A stretch of 64,000 bases of DNA from the human T2T-CHM13v2.0 reference genome, Homo sapiens: NCBI RefSeq assembly GCF_009914755.1, contig NC_060941.1; one strand, 5' to 3'. This document shows positions 1 to 13,725 of this stretch, in pieces (the stretch's first letter is position 1; every line of letters starts with the position of its first letter). Made by a program: the position numbers and the translations under genes. The notes under the pieces are model-generated. The model had not been told where the DNA came from, did no database searches, and was given only the letters and a program-made list of their open reading frames with translations.

Positions 1-660
1 TCTGGGGTACATGTGCAGGATGTACAGGTTTGTTACATAGGTAAACGTGTGCCATGGTGGTTTGATGCACCTATCAACCCATCACCTGGGTATTAAGCCC
101 AGCATGCTTTAGCTATTTTTCTTAATGCTCTTCCTCCCCCATCCCACCCCCTGACAGGCCCCAGTGTGTGTTGCTCCCTTCCCTGTGTCCATGCGTTCTC
201 ATTGTTCAGCTCCCACTTGTAAGTGAGAATATGTGGTGTTTGGTTTTCTGCTCCTGCATTAGTTTGCTAAGGATAATAGCTTCCAGCTCCATCCATGTTC
301 CTGCAAAGGACATGATCTTGTTCCTTTTTATGGCTGCATAGTATTTCATGGTGTATATGTAGCACATTTTCTTTATCAAGTCTATCATTGATGGGCATTT
401 TGGTTGATTCCACGTCTTTGCTATTGCGAATAGCGCTGCAATGAACATACGAGTCCATGTATCTTTATGATAGAATTATTTATATTTTGGGGGGTATGTA
501 CCCAGTAATGGGATTGCTGGGTCAAATGGTATTTCTGGTTCTAGATCTTTGAGGAATTGCCACACTGTCTTCCACAATGGTTGAACTAATTTACACTCCC
601 ACCAACAGTGTAAAAGCGTTCCTATTTCTCCACAACCTCAATAGCATCTGTTGTTTCTTG
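1..660 (-). mobile_element. L1 (L1PA/L1PB-type) 3' fragment: ORF2 C-terminus and 3'UTR
   Basis: ORF 206-448 (MFIAALFAIAKTWNQPKCPS...WMELEAIILSKL) is the typical end of L1 ORF2; typical 3'UTR sequence. Confidence 0.9.
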
Positions 661-705
661 TCAGCCTGAGGTTCTTTCCACACATGAAGCTTCAGGAAGC
701 TCTAT

Positions 706-1445
706 GCTGGTGGTTCCCAAACTCCAGCATGCATCAGAATCACCAGGAGGGCTTATGAAAATCCAGATGGCTGGGCCTCAGCCCCAGAGTTTCTGATTCA
801 GAAGTGTCACAGACATCCGAACCAGGGTAACTCCATCTTGAATAAGAATTGAAGAAAGTCAGACCTGCTGGGTTACAATCCCAGGAGGCTATGCACTCCT
901 AGTCACAAGATGTTTATGGCTGAGGGAACAGATTAATGATGCTTACTAATGGAACAGGACTCAGAACTTAAGGAAATCTCCTGATGTCCCAATATCTTAA
1001 GAACAAAAAGCATTCTTAGTTTAAGAATAGGTTTTGCTTTAGAGATAATAGTAGGTTCATAAATTTTTGCAAAAATCAATAGTTACACAAGAGAATAACA
1101 ATACTAACAGCCTGTCACAAGCTTGTCATGAGCCTTTGTAGTAAAGCACATAAGGCCATTATTTTCAGCTCTGTTATCCTATACAAGCAAGCACTGTATT
1201 TGAGGTAGGGGCGTTCCTTCTCTTGCTTTTGGAGGACAGCCTACTCTGAAATAGAGCAGTCTTTAATAAGCTATCTTCACTACACTGCACTCTGCAACTT
1301 GCTGTAAATTCTTTCTTGCATGAGATCCAAGAACCCACTCTTGGGGTCTGGGTCGAGACTCCTTTCTGGTAACAGAAGATCTGAGTTGGGCCTGAGAGTT
1401 TGCATGTCTAACAGGTTGTCTGGGGGACACACTTTGAGAACAGAA
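706..1445. mobile_element. MER5A hAT element split by an LTR insertion
   Basis: gtggttcccaaactccagcatgcatcagaatcacc...ctgattca (706-800) resumes after 1378 with gggcctgagagtttgcatgtctaacag. Confidence 0.7.
805..1374 (+). mobile_element. MER41-family ERV1 solo LTR
   Basis: TG...CA ends; start tgtcacagacatccgaaccagggtaactccatcttgaata; end gagatccaagaaccc...ctttctggtaaca; 4-bp TSD gaag at 801-804 and 1375-1378. Confidence 0.8.
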
Positions 1446-2771
1446 GCTGTAGCTACTCATTAAACCACAAGAGAAGACAAGACACATATTGACATGACCT
1501 GGATGGAGGAAAAGCAGGGCCCACATGTAATTAGAAAGAGAAAGAGAGATTTCAACCACCTGAAAACTGAACCTCACAAGAAATAACTTGTCGATTTTAA
1601 TCAATTGAAGAACCTCTGAAGCAGGAGCTTATTTGCTCTCCGGTGAGTTTACAGGTTTTGGGGGAGGGTAACTTGGCTGTATGACACTTGCTGGATCGTG
1701 GGAGTAGAGTCATGTTCTGATTTGAAATCAGAGAACTCACTGTGGCTTCCTGCCTCCACGCCCATCTGTTTCCCTGTATCATTGGGATAACATCCAAATT
1801 CCTTACAAAGGTCTGTGAGGCCCATAAACCTGGCCCCTGCCTGCCTCCCAGGCTCATTGCAGACACTGTCCCCTCACTCTTTAGGGAAGGCCACGGTGAC
1901 CTTCTGGAAGCTCCTAGGACAAACCTGCTCCTTCCCCACCTCAGGGTCTTTGCACTTGCTGCTGCCTCTGCCTGCAACAACTCTCTCCACCTCCATCCTG
2001 TGCCACTCCTTCTACCCCCACCCTTCCCTGCCTTGTATCCCCACCTCCATCTCCTTTGTCAAGCTAATTCCTTGACAAATCACTGAAGGTACCCCCTCTT
2101 CCTAGAGCCTTTCCTGACAAGCAGCTCTGGGTGGGGTACCTGTCAATGGCCACATACCTGGTCATCTTGACTGCTCCTTCCTAACATTCAGCATACAATG
2201 TGTTCTTCCGTACTGGCCTCTGTTTAAGTGGGAGTTTCAGGAGTCGTCTCCAGTACCTAGTGCAGTGCCTAACACATAGGGAATAAATAAGCAAAGAACA
2301 AACAAACCAAGAAACCAGGTCCAGAAGCCAAAAGCAATCAAGGCCAGCCAGCATCTGGCATCAGAGCACTGTCCATGACAGAAAGCTGCCAGAGGAAGGA
2401 GGAGTAAGGGTTTGGAACAAAGTCCAGGTGGTATAGAAAAGTGCACCTTTGCAAAGAGCTTTTCCTTCGGACTGAAATGCCCTTCCTCCCCTTTTCCACC
2501 TGGAAGACGGCTTCTTACCCCTCCTGCTAAGTAAGCTTCCAGTAATGCCTTGTCTTGAGCCATCCCTAACCCCCTGCCTCAGGGAAAGAGTTATCATCGT
2601 ACCATGTTTGCAATTCGGTGCTGGGGTGGGGCGGGGCAGGACATGGAAAGAACTCACCTCTCAACAAATAAATATTAGTGAGTGCTACCTATGCGCAGAG
2701 CAATGAGCTAGGCATGGAGATGCAGTACACTGAAATTGTCTGTGCCTCTCAGCTACTGCTCCAGCAAACAA

Positions 2772-3473
2772 CAGCCACCTCCCTTATCCACGGGGAATGC
2801 CAGGACCCCCCAGTGGATGTCTGAAACCAAGCATAGTACTGAACCCAATTGCCGACCACATTTCTGTTCACATCTTCCACCCACATGTTTTAGAACTTTT
2901 CCATCTTAACGAAGCATTTTTCACTGTAGCCATTAACTTTTGCAGTTCAAGGTGCAACAGCAAAACTAGCACAAATTTATTTTTCCTTCTTCACAATTTC
3001 TCAGATAGAAGATTTGTTCTTACCACAGATCTTGGCAATCTCGGCACACGTTTTTTTTTTCTAAACTAAGTTGAAAACCTTCGCCTTTTCACTTAAAGGT
3101 AGCACATTATGGTTTCTCTTTGGCATATCTGAATTGCCAGCATCATTACTCTTGCAATGTGGGGGCATTATTAAGTAAAAGAAGGGTTCCTTGAACACAA
3201 GCACTGCCATAATGCCACCTGACAGTCAATCTGATAATTGAGCCAGCTACTAACTGACTAAGAGGGCAGGTAGTACACACAGAGGAGTGATTCATGCCCC
3301 AGGCAGGAAGCAGCAGGATGGCGTGAGATTTCATCACGTTACTCAGGACGGTGCGTAATTTACAACTGATGAATTGTTTATTTCTGGAATTTTCCATTAA
3401 ATGTTTTCAGACTGTGGTTGACCTTGGGTAACTGAAACCTCAGAAAGAGAAACCACAGATGGGGGAACTACTG
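2772..3473. mobile_element. MER44/Tigger7-type DNA transposon
   Basis: cccttatccacgggg...gacccccagtggatg start; gggggaactactg end. Confidence 0.65.
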
Positions 3474-5910
3474 CAATGTTTTTTGGCCAGCTCACGTGTG
3501 CCAGCCTCTGAGATGGACACTTTCTATGGGCCCTGAGGAAGAAGCACAGCACAGAGCTAACACTGTGGCTTCTGGGTCAAGTCACTTCCTAATTTTGTGA
3601 CTTAATGACTTTGGGTCCATCACGAAACGTCAAGAGCCCACATCTGTAAAATGGGGATAATAATTGTACCTACCTCACAGGATTATTGCGAAGATTAAAT
3701 GAATACAGTGAAGGAATTAGCATGGTGGTTGGTACATTTCAAGTGCTCAATAGAATGTTAGCAGTTGTCCCATTTAATACTCCCAGCAACATAGAGACCA
3801 ATATGACTATCCCATATAAAGATAGGGGAGCAGTAGACTTGGAGAAATTAAGTGATTCACCCAATCACAGCACTCAGCAGAAGGTTAAATTGCAATTAGA
3901 ATCTGTCTTACTCGAAAACTAGGTTTCTTTCCAGTCCACCATTTAACCCATTCTTGTCCCCTACTTATCCCTCTCTATAGTAGCCATGCCCGTCTGTTTA
4001 CTTACTGTCTTTGGCTGCTTTACAAATACAATAGCAAAGTAGTTGTATGACAGAGATGACATGGCCCACAAGATAAAAATACTTGCTATCAGGCCCTTTA
4101 CAGAAAAAGTTTACCAACCCCTGATCTATAGAGCAGCTACCTGCTTATATATCTGTCTCCACCACTAGACAGTAAGTTCATTTGAACTGGGATCTTATTT
4201 CTCTTTGAACCTCTAGGAAGAATAAGCACACTTTTTTGCAAGGGTCTCAGTGTTGGTTAGATGAAATATGAAATGCAATTCCCTCTGGAAATCCTTCTGC
4301 CCATTTTTTCTGACCCCAAACCCAGACCATAGGAGCCAATGGTCTCTGTCTGTTTCAGGAAGCACATGTATTAGTCAATAAGACTGAATGCTTCTGCCAG
4401 TAGCTCGGAAGCCTATGAGCTGCCCCACTGGAGGTACTCTTGGTAAAGTTGTTTCTGCTCCACCATAGAACCTTCCCAGGAGGGATGCTTTTGGATACGA
4501 ACAACGTATAAAAATCAATATTATTCCTACACATACCAGAATAACCAACTAGAAAATGTAAATTTAAGAAAATTCCAGTTATAATTCATAAAGATCCATA
4601 ATATATCTAGGATTAGTGCTGTTTTAAAAACATATATATGATCTTTACAAAGAAAATTACAAAATTTTAATGATGGACATAAAAATGGCCTAAGTAAATG
4701 GAGAGATAGACCAGGTTCATAGATAGGAAGATGCAATACTGTAAAGAAAGCAACCCTTTCTCAAGTAGGGAGGCCTTTTGACTCTAGGTCTCCCAAACAC
4801 TCTCCACCTCTTCTCAAAATAATAGTTTTTTAAAAAATATAGAGAGAGACAGAGACAGACCATTTGTCTTGATTAATAGAATAATGCCCAAGAATTTTAA
4901 AAACAGTAATAGCTAGTTTCATGGAGAGCTTACCCAATAAACTAATTATCACAATGGCATTTTGAACTAAGAACTGTAATCATTCCCATTCTACAGTAAG
5001 GAAACTCAGGCCCAAAGAGGTTAATCAGCTTGCCCAAGGACACACAGCTAGTCGGTGGAGCCAGAATTTGAATGCAGGTAGTCTGGCTCCAAGCCTGGAT
5101 TATGAATTACTGCTGTCCACCACTTTGAAGATTCCTGTCACTCACCTGCCTTCTGAGAAACTTTGGTGGTGGGCAAATGGGGTGTGAAGTTGCAGCAAGC
5201 TCACTGTGAATTGCTGCGCTTCAGCCCCGTCATCTGTGGGCCTCAGGAGAGTGTGTTCTGGGTAAACACATGCATTTTGTGTGTCAAGGGGAGGAGGCTG
5301 AGAACCAGGCTGTATGTGACTGATGAAGAATCCTCTCTGTTCTTAAAGGAAGTTTTTGCCCCTGATATATGGGCCATACCCAGGGTCCTTAGAGCCTCAA
5401 GGAAGCCCTTCCTTCTCTACCTGGATGCAGGAACCTGGCTCCCTGTGGGTCTGATTTATTTTTAATTCTGCTTCCCTCCTTCTCTCTTTTGGGACGTGCT
5501 AGTCTCGTTCCTGTGCAGTCTGTCCCACATGCACAGATTCAGCTCCTACTTCTTGTAAACCACTCTGAGAGGCAGGTGGGGAGGTGGACAAGGGAGCCTT
5601 CTGTCCACCCTTGTTCCATGTACCCTGGGCAACTCCTAGCACTAAATATCAGAGCCCATGGAAGGTGCCTGTGCTCAGATGACATCCCAGCTAGGTAAGG
5701 AGTACAGTTGAGTCTTAATAAGACACATCCTCATCCCTTAAGGAACTCGGTTTAGAAAACTACTTCATTCAAGGCATAAGAATATCAGGTTTAGGGCAGA
5801 AGTGCAGAGTGTTTGTGGATGGGGGGAGGGCGGGCATAGTAGTGAGGGGCTTCCCAGGTTCAAATCCCAGGTCCTCTACCCACCAGCTGTATGAACCTGA
5901 ACAAACTGCC

Positions 5911-6395
5911 TAGGGTAGGCAGAATGATGGCTTCCCCAAAGATGTCCAGGTCCTAATCCCTGGAACTTGCGAAAATGTTACCTTATATGGCAAGGGGGAA
6001 TTAGCATTGTGGGTGGAATTAAAGTTGTTAATCAACTGACCTTAAGATAGAGAAATTATTCTGAGTTATCTAAAGGGCCCAGTGTAATCATAAAGGCCCT
6101 TAAAAGTGGAAGATGGAGGCAGAAGAGAAAGGCAGAGTGATATGATGTGAGGCTCAACTCACCATTGGTGGCTTTGAGATGGAAGGAGTCATGAGCTAAG
6201 AAAGGCGGGTAGCTGGAAAAGACAAGGAAATAGATTCACCCCAAGAGCCTCCAGAGAGGAGAAGAATGCAGCCCTGCTGACACATTGATTTAACCCAGGA
6301 GACTCCTTTTGAACTTCTAACATACAGAACATAAGATAATTAATGTGTTGTTTTAACCCACTAAGTAATTACAGTCAAAATAGAAAACTAATACA
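5911..6395 (+). mobile_element. MLT1 (MaLR) LTR inserted in a MIR
   Basis: ccccaaagatgtccaggtcctaatccctggaac...aaactaataca; 5-bp TSD ctgcc at 5906-5910 and 6396-6400. Confidence 0.8.
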
Positions 6396-6445
6396 CTGCC
6401 TAAATTCTGTAAACTTCAGTTTCCTCATTTATAAGTTGGGGATAG

Positions 6446-6759
6446 TACAGATGCTCCTAGACTTACAAAGCAGTTACATCCTAATAAACCCACTGGAAAT
6501 TGAAGGTGCATTTAATACACCTAACCTACCAAACATCACAGCTTAGCCTGTAAATGTGCTCAGAACCCTTACATTAGCCTACAGTTGGGCAAGATCATCT
6601 AACACAAAGCCTATTTTATAATAAGTGTTGAAGAGCTCATGTAATTTATTGAATGCTGTACTAAAAGTGAGAACCAGAACGGTTGTATGGGTTCTTGAAG
6701 TATGGTTTTGGCTGAGGGCATATCACTTTCACACCACTAGAACTCAGGGACCATCTGTA
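6446..6759. mobile_element. MER47/Tigger-type DNA transposon
   Basis: TA-cagatg...catctg-TA termini. Confidence 0.65.
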
Positions 6760-6829
6760 CGGAGTTTGACCCAAAATGTTGGTATTGTTATTGAGAGATT
6801 CAGTGCCTTTATCCCTAGATGAACACACC

Positions 6830-7249
6830 TAATATAGTTTGGATCTATGTCCCTACCCAAATTGCATGTTGAAATTTAATCCCCAATGTTGGAAGTGGGG
6901 CCTGGTGGGAGCTAATTAGATCATGGGGGCAGTTTCTCATTAATGGTGTAGTACCATCCCCTTGGTACTGTTCTCACAATAGTGAGTGGGTTCTCACAAG
7001 ATCTGGTTGTTTAAAAGTGTGTGGCATCTTCCTGCTTCTTCTCTTGCTCTTGCTCTGGCCATGTGACTGCTCCCACTTCACCTTTCACCATAATTGTAAG
7101 TTTCCTGAGGCCTCCCCAGAAGCCAAGCAGGTGCCATCATCATGCTTCCTGTACAGCCTGCAGAACTGTGAGCCAATTAAACCTCTTTTCTGTATAAATT
7201 ACCCAGTCTTAGATATTTCTTTATAGGAATGCAATAATGAACTAATACA
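6830..7249 (+). mobile_element. MST (MaLR) LTR
   Basis: atatagtttggatc...attaaacctcttttc...actaataca. Confidence 0.8.
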
Positions 7250-7641
7250 CCACCCAACCTCCCTTGGGACAAGCCCTCCTCTGTAGCCCAGGGTGTGTGG
7301 GCATCCCTCCTTACCTTTTTTTGAGGATGCCAGATTCTTCTTTCCCCAGAACCATTTGGCCCACCTTCCCTTGCCCTCCAAATTTCTGCTTTTCTTGGCC
7401 TCTAATTGTCCAATCTGATTCCCAGGTTGTGGGGCAGGTGAGGGCCTCCGGGATACAGGAACTACAACCCACTTTTCACAAGAAATGTTGCCTTTGCTAA
7501 AAGACCAGGGTGTAAAACTGGTATTAAGCAATGGCCCTAGTTCCAGAACTGGCCTTAGGCAAATAATCTCATATATATACATGTACGTATATAAATATAT
7601 ACATAACCCTTGTGCAAAATTGCAGGGTGTTTGTATTTTCA

Positions 7642-8064
<423 letters not shown>

Positions 8065-8069
8065 CTAAA

Positions 8070-8511
8070 AGTAAATTTAATACCAATGTTTATTAGGGCA
8101 GAAAAGAAGAGGAAAAAAATAGAGGACAAAACAACTCAGCAACCCCAAGTGGTATGCTTCACTACTCTGAACAAGGATTCCCCAAATTCCTTAGGGCAGG
8201 CAGCCTGCCCCAACTCCTGGTCTGGGAGTTCCAGCTCCATCAACCCCAGGTAAGATTCTGGTTGTTCCCACTCTTGCAAACTGATGGGAAGACCTTTGGG
8301 AGGTGTCTATGCTTTAAGCTATTGGTTTTAGTGATCTATGCAGGTTAGTAAAATGAAGCAGTATATATATTTGCCATTTCCAAGGCAATCTTTGATATGC
8401 CCACAGTTCACGAGGTCTGAAGACATCCATTTCTGCAATTTAAAAACAAGTGAAAGAAGCAGCCTTGTCTTGCTTCGACATTATCCAGCTTGTTGTCTAT
8501 TAAAATGCTTG
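8070..8511 (-). other. C17orf67: C17orf67 terminal non-coding exon (3'UTR)
   Basis: Minus-strand acceptor cctaatgttattttcttgttctttttcag| ending at 8512; AATAAA at 8094-8089; 3' end approximate. Confidence 0.7.
8089..8094 (-). terminator. Polyadenylation signal AATAAA of C17orf67
   Basis: tttatt on plus strand; ATTAAA variant 13 nt downstream, then U/GU-rich sequence. Confidence 0.65.
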
Positions 8512-8540
8512 CTGAAAAAGAACAAGAAAATAACATTAGG

Positions 8541-10250
8541 ATAATGATAATGATTGTGATGGTAGTGGTGGTGGTGGTGATGATGGTGTGGCAGTGATGG
8601 TGATGATGGTGATTGTGGTGGTGGTAATAGTGATGATGGTTATGATGGTGGTGGTGGTGATGATAATGATGATAGTGGTGGTGGTGGTGGTGGTGGTGGT
8701 GATGATGGTGTGGCAGTGATGGTGATGATGGTGATTGTGGTGATGGTAATAGTGATGATGGTTATGGTGGTGGTGGTGATAATGGTGATAGTGGTGGTGG
8801 TGGTGGTGATGGTGCTGATGGTGGTGATGGTGATGATGGGGTTGATGGTGATGATGGTGGCAATGGTGACGATGATGATGGTGGTGATGGTGATGATGGT
8901 GATGATGGGGTGATGGTGATGGTGGTGAGAGTGGTGGTGGGGGTGGTAGTGGTGGAGATGGAGGTAGTGGTGATGGTGACGATGGTAGTGATGGTGGTGG
9001 TGGTGGTGGTGGTGGTGACAGTGATGATGATGGTGAGAGTGGTGGTGGTGGTGGTCATGGTGGTGGTGGTGGTGGTGGTGATGGTAATGATGGGGGTGAC
9101 GGTGGTGGTGATGATGGTGGTGATGGTGATGGTGGTGATGGTGGTGGTGATGGTGGTGGTGGTGGTGGTGATGATGGTGGTGATGGTGGTGATAGTGATG
9201 ATGGTGGTGATGGTGGTGGTGATGGTGGTGGTGATGGTGATGATGGTGGTGATGGTGGTGGTGGTGATGGTGGTGACGGTGATGGTGGTGATGGTGGTGG
9301 TGATGGTGATGGTGGTGGTGGTGGTGGTGGTGATGGTGATGATGGTGGTGATGGTGGTGGTGGTGGTGATGATGGTGGTGATGGTGGTGATGGTGGTGAT
9401 GGTGATGGTGGCAGTGATGGTGGTGATGGTGGTGGTGGTGATGGTGATGGTGGTGATGGTGGTGATGGTGGTGGTGGTGGTGATGGTGGTGGTGGTGATG
9501 GTGGTGGTGGTGGTGATGGTGGTGATGGTGATGGTGGTGGTGGTGATGGTGGTGGTGGTGATGGTGGTGGTGGTGATAGTGGTGGTGGTGGTGGTGATGG
9601 TGGTGGTGGTGGTGGTGATGGTGGTGGTGATGGTGGTGGTGATGGTGATGATGGTGGTGATGGTGGTGGTGGTGATGGTGATGGTGGTGATGGTGGTGGT
9701 GATGGTGGTGATGGTGGTGGTGATGGTGATGATGGTGGTGATGGTGATGATGGTGGTGATGGTGATGGTGGTGGTGGTGGTGGTGATGGTGGTGATGGTG
9801 GTGGTGGTGGTGATGGTGATGATGGTGATGGTGGTGGTGATGGTGATGATGGTGGTGATGGTGGTGGTGATGGTGGTGATGGTGGTGGTGATGATGGTGG
9901 TGATGGTGATGATGGTGGTGATGGTGGTGGTGGTGATGGTGATGATGGTGGTGATGGTAGTGGTGGTGGTGATGGTGATGATGATGGTGGTGATGGTAGT
10001 GGTGATGGTGATGATGGTGGTGATGGTGATGATGGTGGTGATGGTGGTGATGGTGATGGTGGTGGTGGTGGTGGTGATGGTGGTGGTGGTGGTGATGGTG
10101 GTGGTGGTGGTGATGGTGGTGATGGTGGTGGGGGTGATGGTGGTGGTGATGGTGGTGAGGGTAATGGTGATGATGGTGGCGATGGTGGTGATGGTGATGG
10201 TGATAGTGATGGTGATGATGTTGGTGGTGGTGATTGTGATGATGATGATG
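8541..10250. repeat. (GGT/GAT)n trinucleotide-type array, ~1.7 kb
   Basis: Near-pure GGT/GAT triplet mosaic at ~9080-10130 with degenerate flanks. Confidence 0.98.
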
Positions 10251-12294
10251 AAGAACAAGAAGGAGGAGGAGGAGAGGGGAAAAGGAGGAGACTAAGGAAG
10301 AGGACGAGTAGACCAAGGAAGAACAAACACCATCCAGCTATCATTTTCTGAGCACTTCCTTTGTGTGCCAGGGCAACACTAACTATTTTCCAGGCATTGA
10401 CTTTTTTAATCCTAGAATCATAAGGAAGGAGCCATTACTATCCTCATTTTACAAATGAGGAAATTATTCAATTAGGCATTTTTTTCTAAGGTTATTCAGC
10501 CAGTGACTGGAGGACTCATTATCTGAAGGCTGTCTGACTCCCAATTCCAAGTTAACACATTTCTCCAGCCACCGCTTCCTTGTCTTTATGTAAGTGGGAG
10601 CTGCCTGGAGTGAGGCCTCTGAGGAACCCTGTGTTTGCAGGAGCTAGGCACCCAAGCTCACCAGCAGTGCCTGTCCTACCAAGAATCAGAGGCCTCAGTC
10701 ACCCTTGGAGGGTACTACTGTGGGGCTGAACCCAGAAACCTCTCCTTTAACTTCAACTGCACAACAGTAATAAGTGCTTTTATATTTAGAGTCACTTACT
10801 ATGCACCAGGCTCCCTAGACATCATTATTACCCCAACTTACAGAGGCAGAAGCAAAGAGTCAGTGAGGTTAGGCAACTTGCCCAAGGGCACAGAGCTGGA
10901 AATCAGAAAGTCAAACTCAGCTCTGGCCAGTTCCAGAGCCTAAGCATCCAATTACTCCACAGTGCTGTTTTCTGGAAGAAGCCAAGTGAGGGCTTCCAGT
11001 GCTAAAAGACAAAGGCCCTTGGTGCAGGGGAGGCCAGCACCCTGGGAGTTGGGAGCCAAGCCCAGACACACCAGAACCCTGACCTAGAATAGAGCTCCAG
11101 CAGCTGGAAGAATTAGAAGAGGGATGTAGCCCATCCCTACCCCTCAAAAGCAGAACTTCTATTCCACTGCCAGCAGGTGATCCTCTCATTATCTGTGAAA
11201 GCTCCCTCAGAGTGATTTCATGCCCACACACACACAGGACTGTGCAACACGGTCCACATAAAGCATGCAGATTTACGGTGGTCAGAAGCCTAGCATACCA
11301 ACCACTGCTTAGCCTGAGTTAGTAGCTTAATCATGCTCAATTAGTTCCTCTTTAAAATGGGGTTAAAGTGCATGCCCTGCAATGACACCAGGGTATTAAG
11401 AGGATCATGTGAGGCAATTTATGTTACATTATAAAGAGTGATTAATAGGAGCGTCCCTGTGTCAATTCACAGTAGCACAAAATAAACAACAAAGGTATAA
11501 GATTTCTCTTAACCACAAAGATAAACTACCTGATTATATCTTGTCCTGCTTGGTCCACAAAACTTACAGAGGAGAAATGAAATTCACTGGGCTTACCCTC
11601 TGAAGGAATTTTGCTACCTTATCTAACAGGATTTGGAAAGGGGGGAAGATGATGAGGACAGACAGGGAGAAGCAAACAGCCTCATCTAGGCACAGAGGTA
11701 CAGAGTTGGGGGCATGCAGGGTGTGGGGGGAAAGCTGGGCAGTACCCTGCTGGTGGGCTGAAAACAGAAGCCCCAGGGAAAGGGAAAGACAGAGGGTGGG
11801 CTGGGCAGATTGGCAGCCTTGAAGGCTGCAGGAAGGCAGTAGGGAACAGGAGCGAGATCTGGGAAAGAAGTTGTTGATCCTGATGACAGTGGTGATGATC
11901 ATGGTAGATGTCACAGGTTGACTCCACGAATGCTGAGCCCACCTGAAGAGACCCAAGTCTCAACAAAACACACTTCTCCACATTTGGGGTCCAGAGAGAG
12001 CTTTTCTGCATGGCAAATAGGGTCACGTCCCTCCCCATTCGGGATCACTTTGTGATTCAATAAAAGTTGGGCTCCCCCATTTGTCCCCCAGTGCTCCTCT
12101 CAACCTGGCTCCCCACTATGTCTCCTGCCTCACTCTTGCCACCCCCATTCCAAACCCATAACCAGCTAACCAGCTGGCCCCCCTGAGGCATGGTCTGGAA
12201 AGTCTCCCAGCCCATGCCATGCTGTCCCCCACCACTCCCTCAGACAGAGGTCCGGGAGAGAGAAGGAGACGTACCGAGGCTGGTCCTGATCCCC

Positions 12295-12411
12295 TTACAC
12301 AGGATGAATCCTGTTCCTGTCACAGTGGGGTTTGCAGTGAGGGTTCAGCCAGTGCTCCAGGAACTGCTCCTCAGCGCGATGCTCCAGGGCGAGCAGGTGG
12401 TGCATGTATTC
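12295..12411 (-). CDS. C17orf67: C17orf67 coding exon 3 (EYMHHLLALEHRAEEQFLEHWLNPHCKPHCDRNRIHPV*)
   Basis: Acceptor ttttgacag|GAA; 117 nt ending TAA; exon runs on to donor CG|gtacgt at 12275. Confidence 0.92.
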   Translation of the reverse strand, partial: EYMHHLLALEHRAEEQFLEHWLNPHCKPHCDRNRIHPV

Positions 12412-12899
12412 CTGTCAAAACAAACCACACTGAAGAAGGCTTCACCCACAGTGACAGCCAAGGGATCAATATGCGTGGTGTGGCTCTGGCTCCCTAGACA
12501 GGGCAGGATGGGAGGACAGGCAGGGAGAAGAAATCAACGGCCACACCCATGCCTCTCTGTAGGGAAGACCAGTCAGACTGACCCACCCAGTGGGCAAAAT
12601 AAAGAAGTCTGACAATACTAAGTGCTGAGCGGGTGGATTTCCATGAAAACATGGGACAACAACTTCAGAAAACATCTGATTGCCTGCAATCTAGAAATTT
12701 CACTCCTACTTTATACCCTAGCGCAGTGGACGTCAAACTTTATCAGATATCAGAGTCACCTGATATCTGATATTACAACACAGATTGCTGGGCCTATCTT
12801 ACAGTTTCTGACTCAGTGGGTCTTGGGTGGGACTTGAGAAGTTGCATTTCTAACAAGTTCCTAGCTAATAGTTATATTGCTAGTTGCTCTGAGAACAAA

Positions 12900-13725
12900 A
12901 GAAACTCTTATATCAGGAAAGGCATATAAAAATGTTTATAGCAGCAATAAATTTGTCATAGCAAAACACTGGAAACATGCCAAATAGCCACTTACAGGAG
13001 AATGAATCAATAAATTATGTTAGGGTTATGCCATGGACTATTATACAGCAGAGAACATAAATTATACTGTAGCTATATACAACAACATAGATGGGTCTTA
13101 GAAATAGCATACTGAGTGAAAAGTCCAAGTAACTACATTTATAGTGTGACACTATTTTTATAAAGTTCAAATATGTGTAACTAAATCATGTAATATATTA
13201 CTTATGGCTATATGCATTTCTGATAAAATCATCTTTTTTAAAAGACAAGGGATAAGCAGAAGAAAGCTAGGGTTGCTATGCTAATATCAAACAAAAAGAC
13301 TTTAAAATATAAAAATGTTACTAGAAATAGAGAAGCATTTTGTAAAAATAGTCTGGCAGTTCCTTACAATATTAAACCTAGAATTACCATTCGTACTCCT
13401 GGCTAGCAACTGTACTTGTAGGTATATACCCAAGAGAAACAAAAATGGATGTCCACACAAAAACTTGTATACAGATGTTCACACCAACATCATTTGTCAC
13501 AGCCAAAAACCAGAAGCAACCCAAATGTCCACCAATAAATGAGTGGATAAATAAAATATGCTACTTCCATATAATGGAATATTATTTGGCAATTAAAATG
13601 AATGAAGCAGTGATCCCTGCTACAACATGGATGAACCTTGAGAACATTATGCTAAGTGACAGAAGCCACTTAGGACACTTATGTCACAAAGGACCACACG
13701 GTGTATGATTCTGTTCATATGAAAG
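12900..13725 (+). mobile_element. Old L1M 3' fragments
   Basis: ORF 13445-13708 resembles degenerate L1 ORF2 C-terminus (KQPKCP..EWINK..EYY). Confidence 0.75.

Noticed and set aside
8640-10344. Long poly-His, poly-Thr/Ile, poly-Val/Met and poly-Pro/Ser ORFs
   Set aside because: By-products of a stop-free trinucleotide array inside an intron; no independent sign of a gene
12190-12612. 140-aa plus-strand ORF
   Set aside because: Antisense shadow of the C17orf67 coding exon
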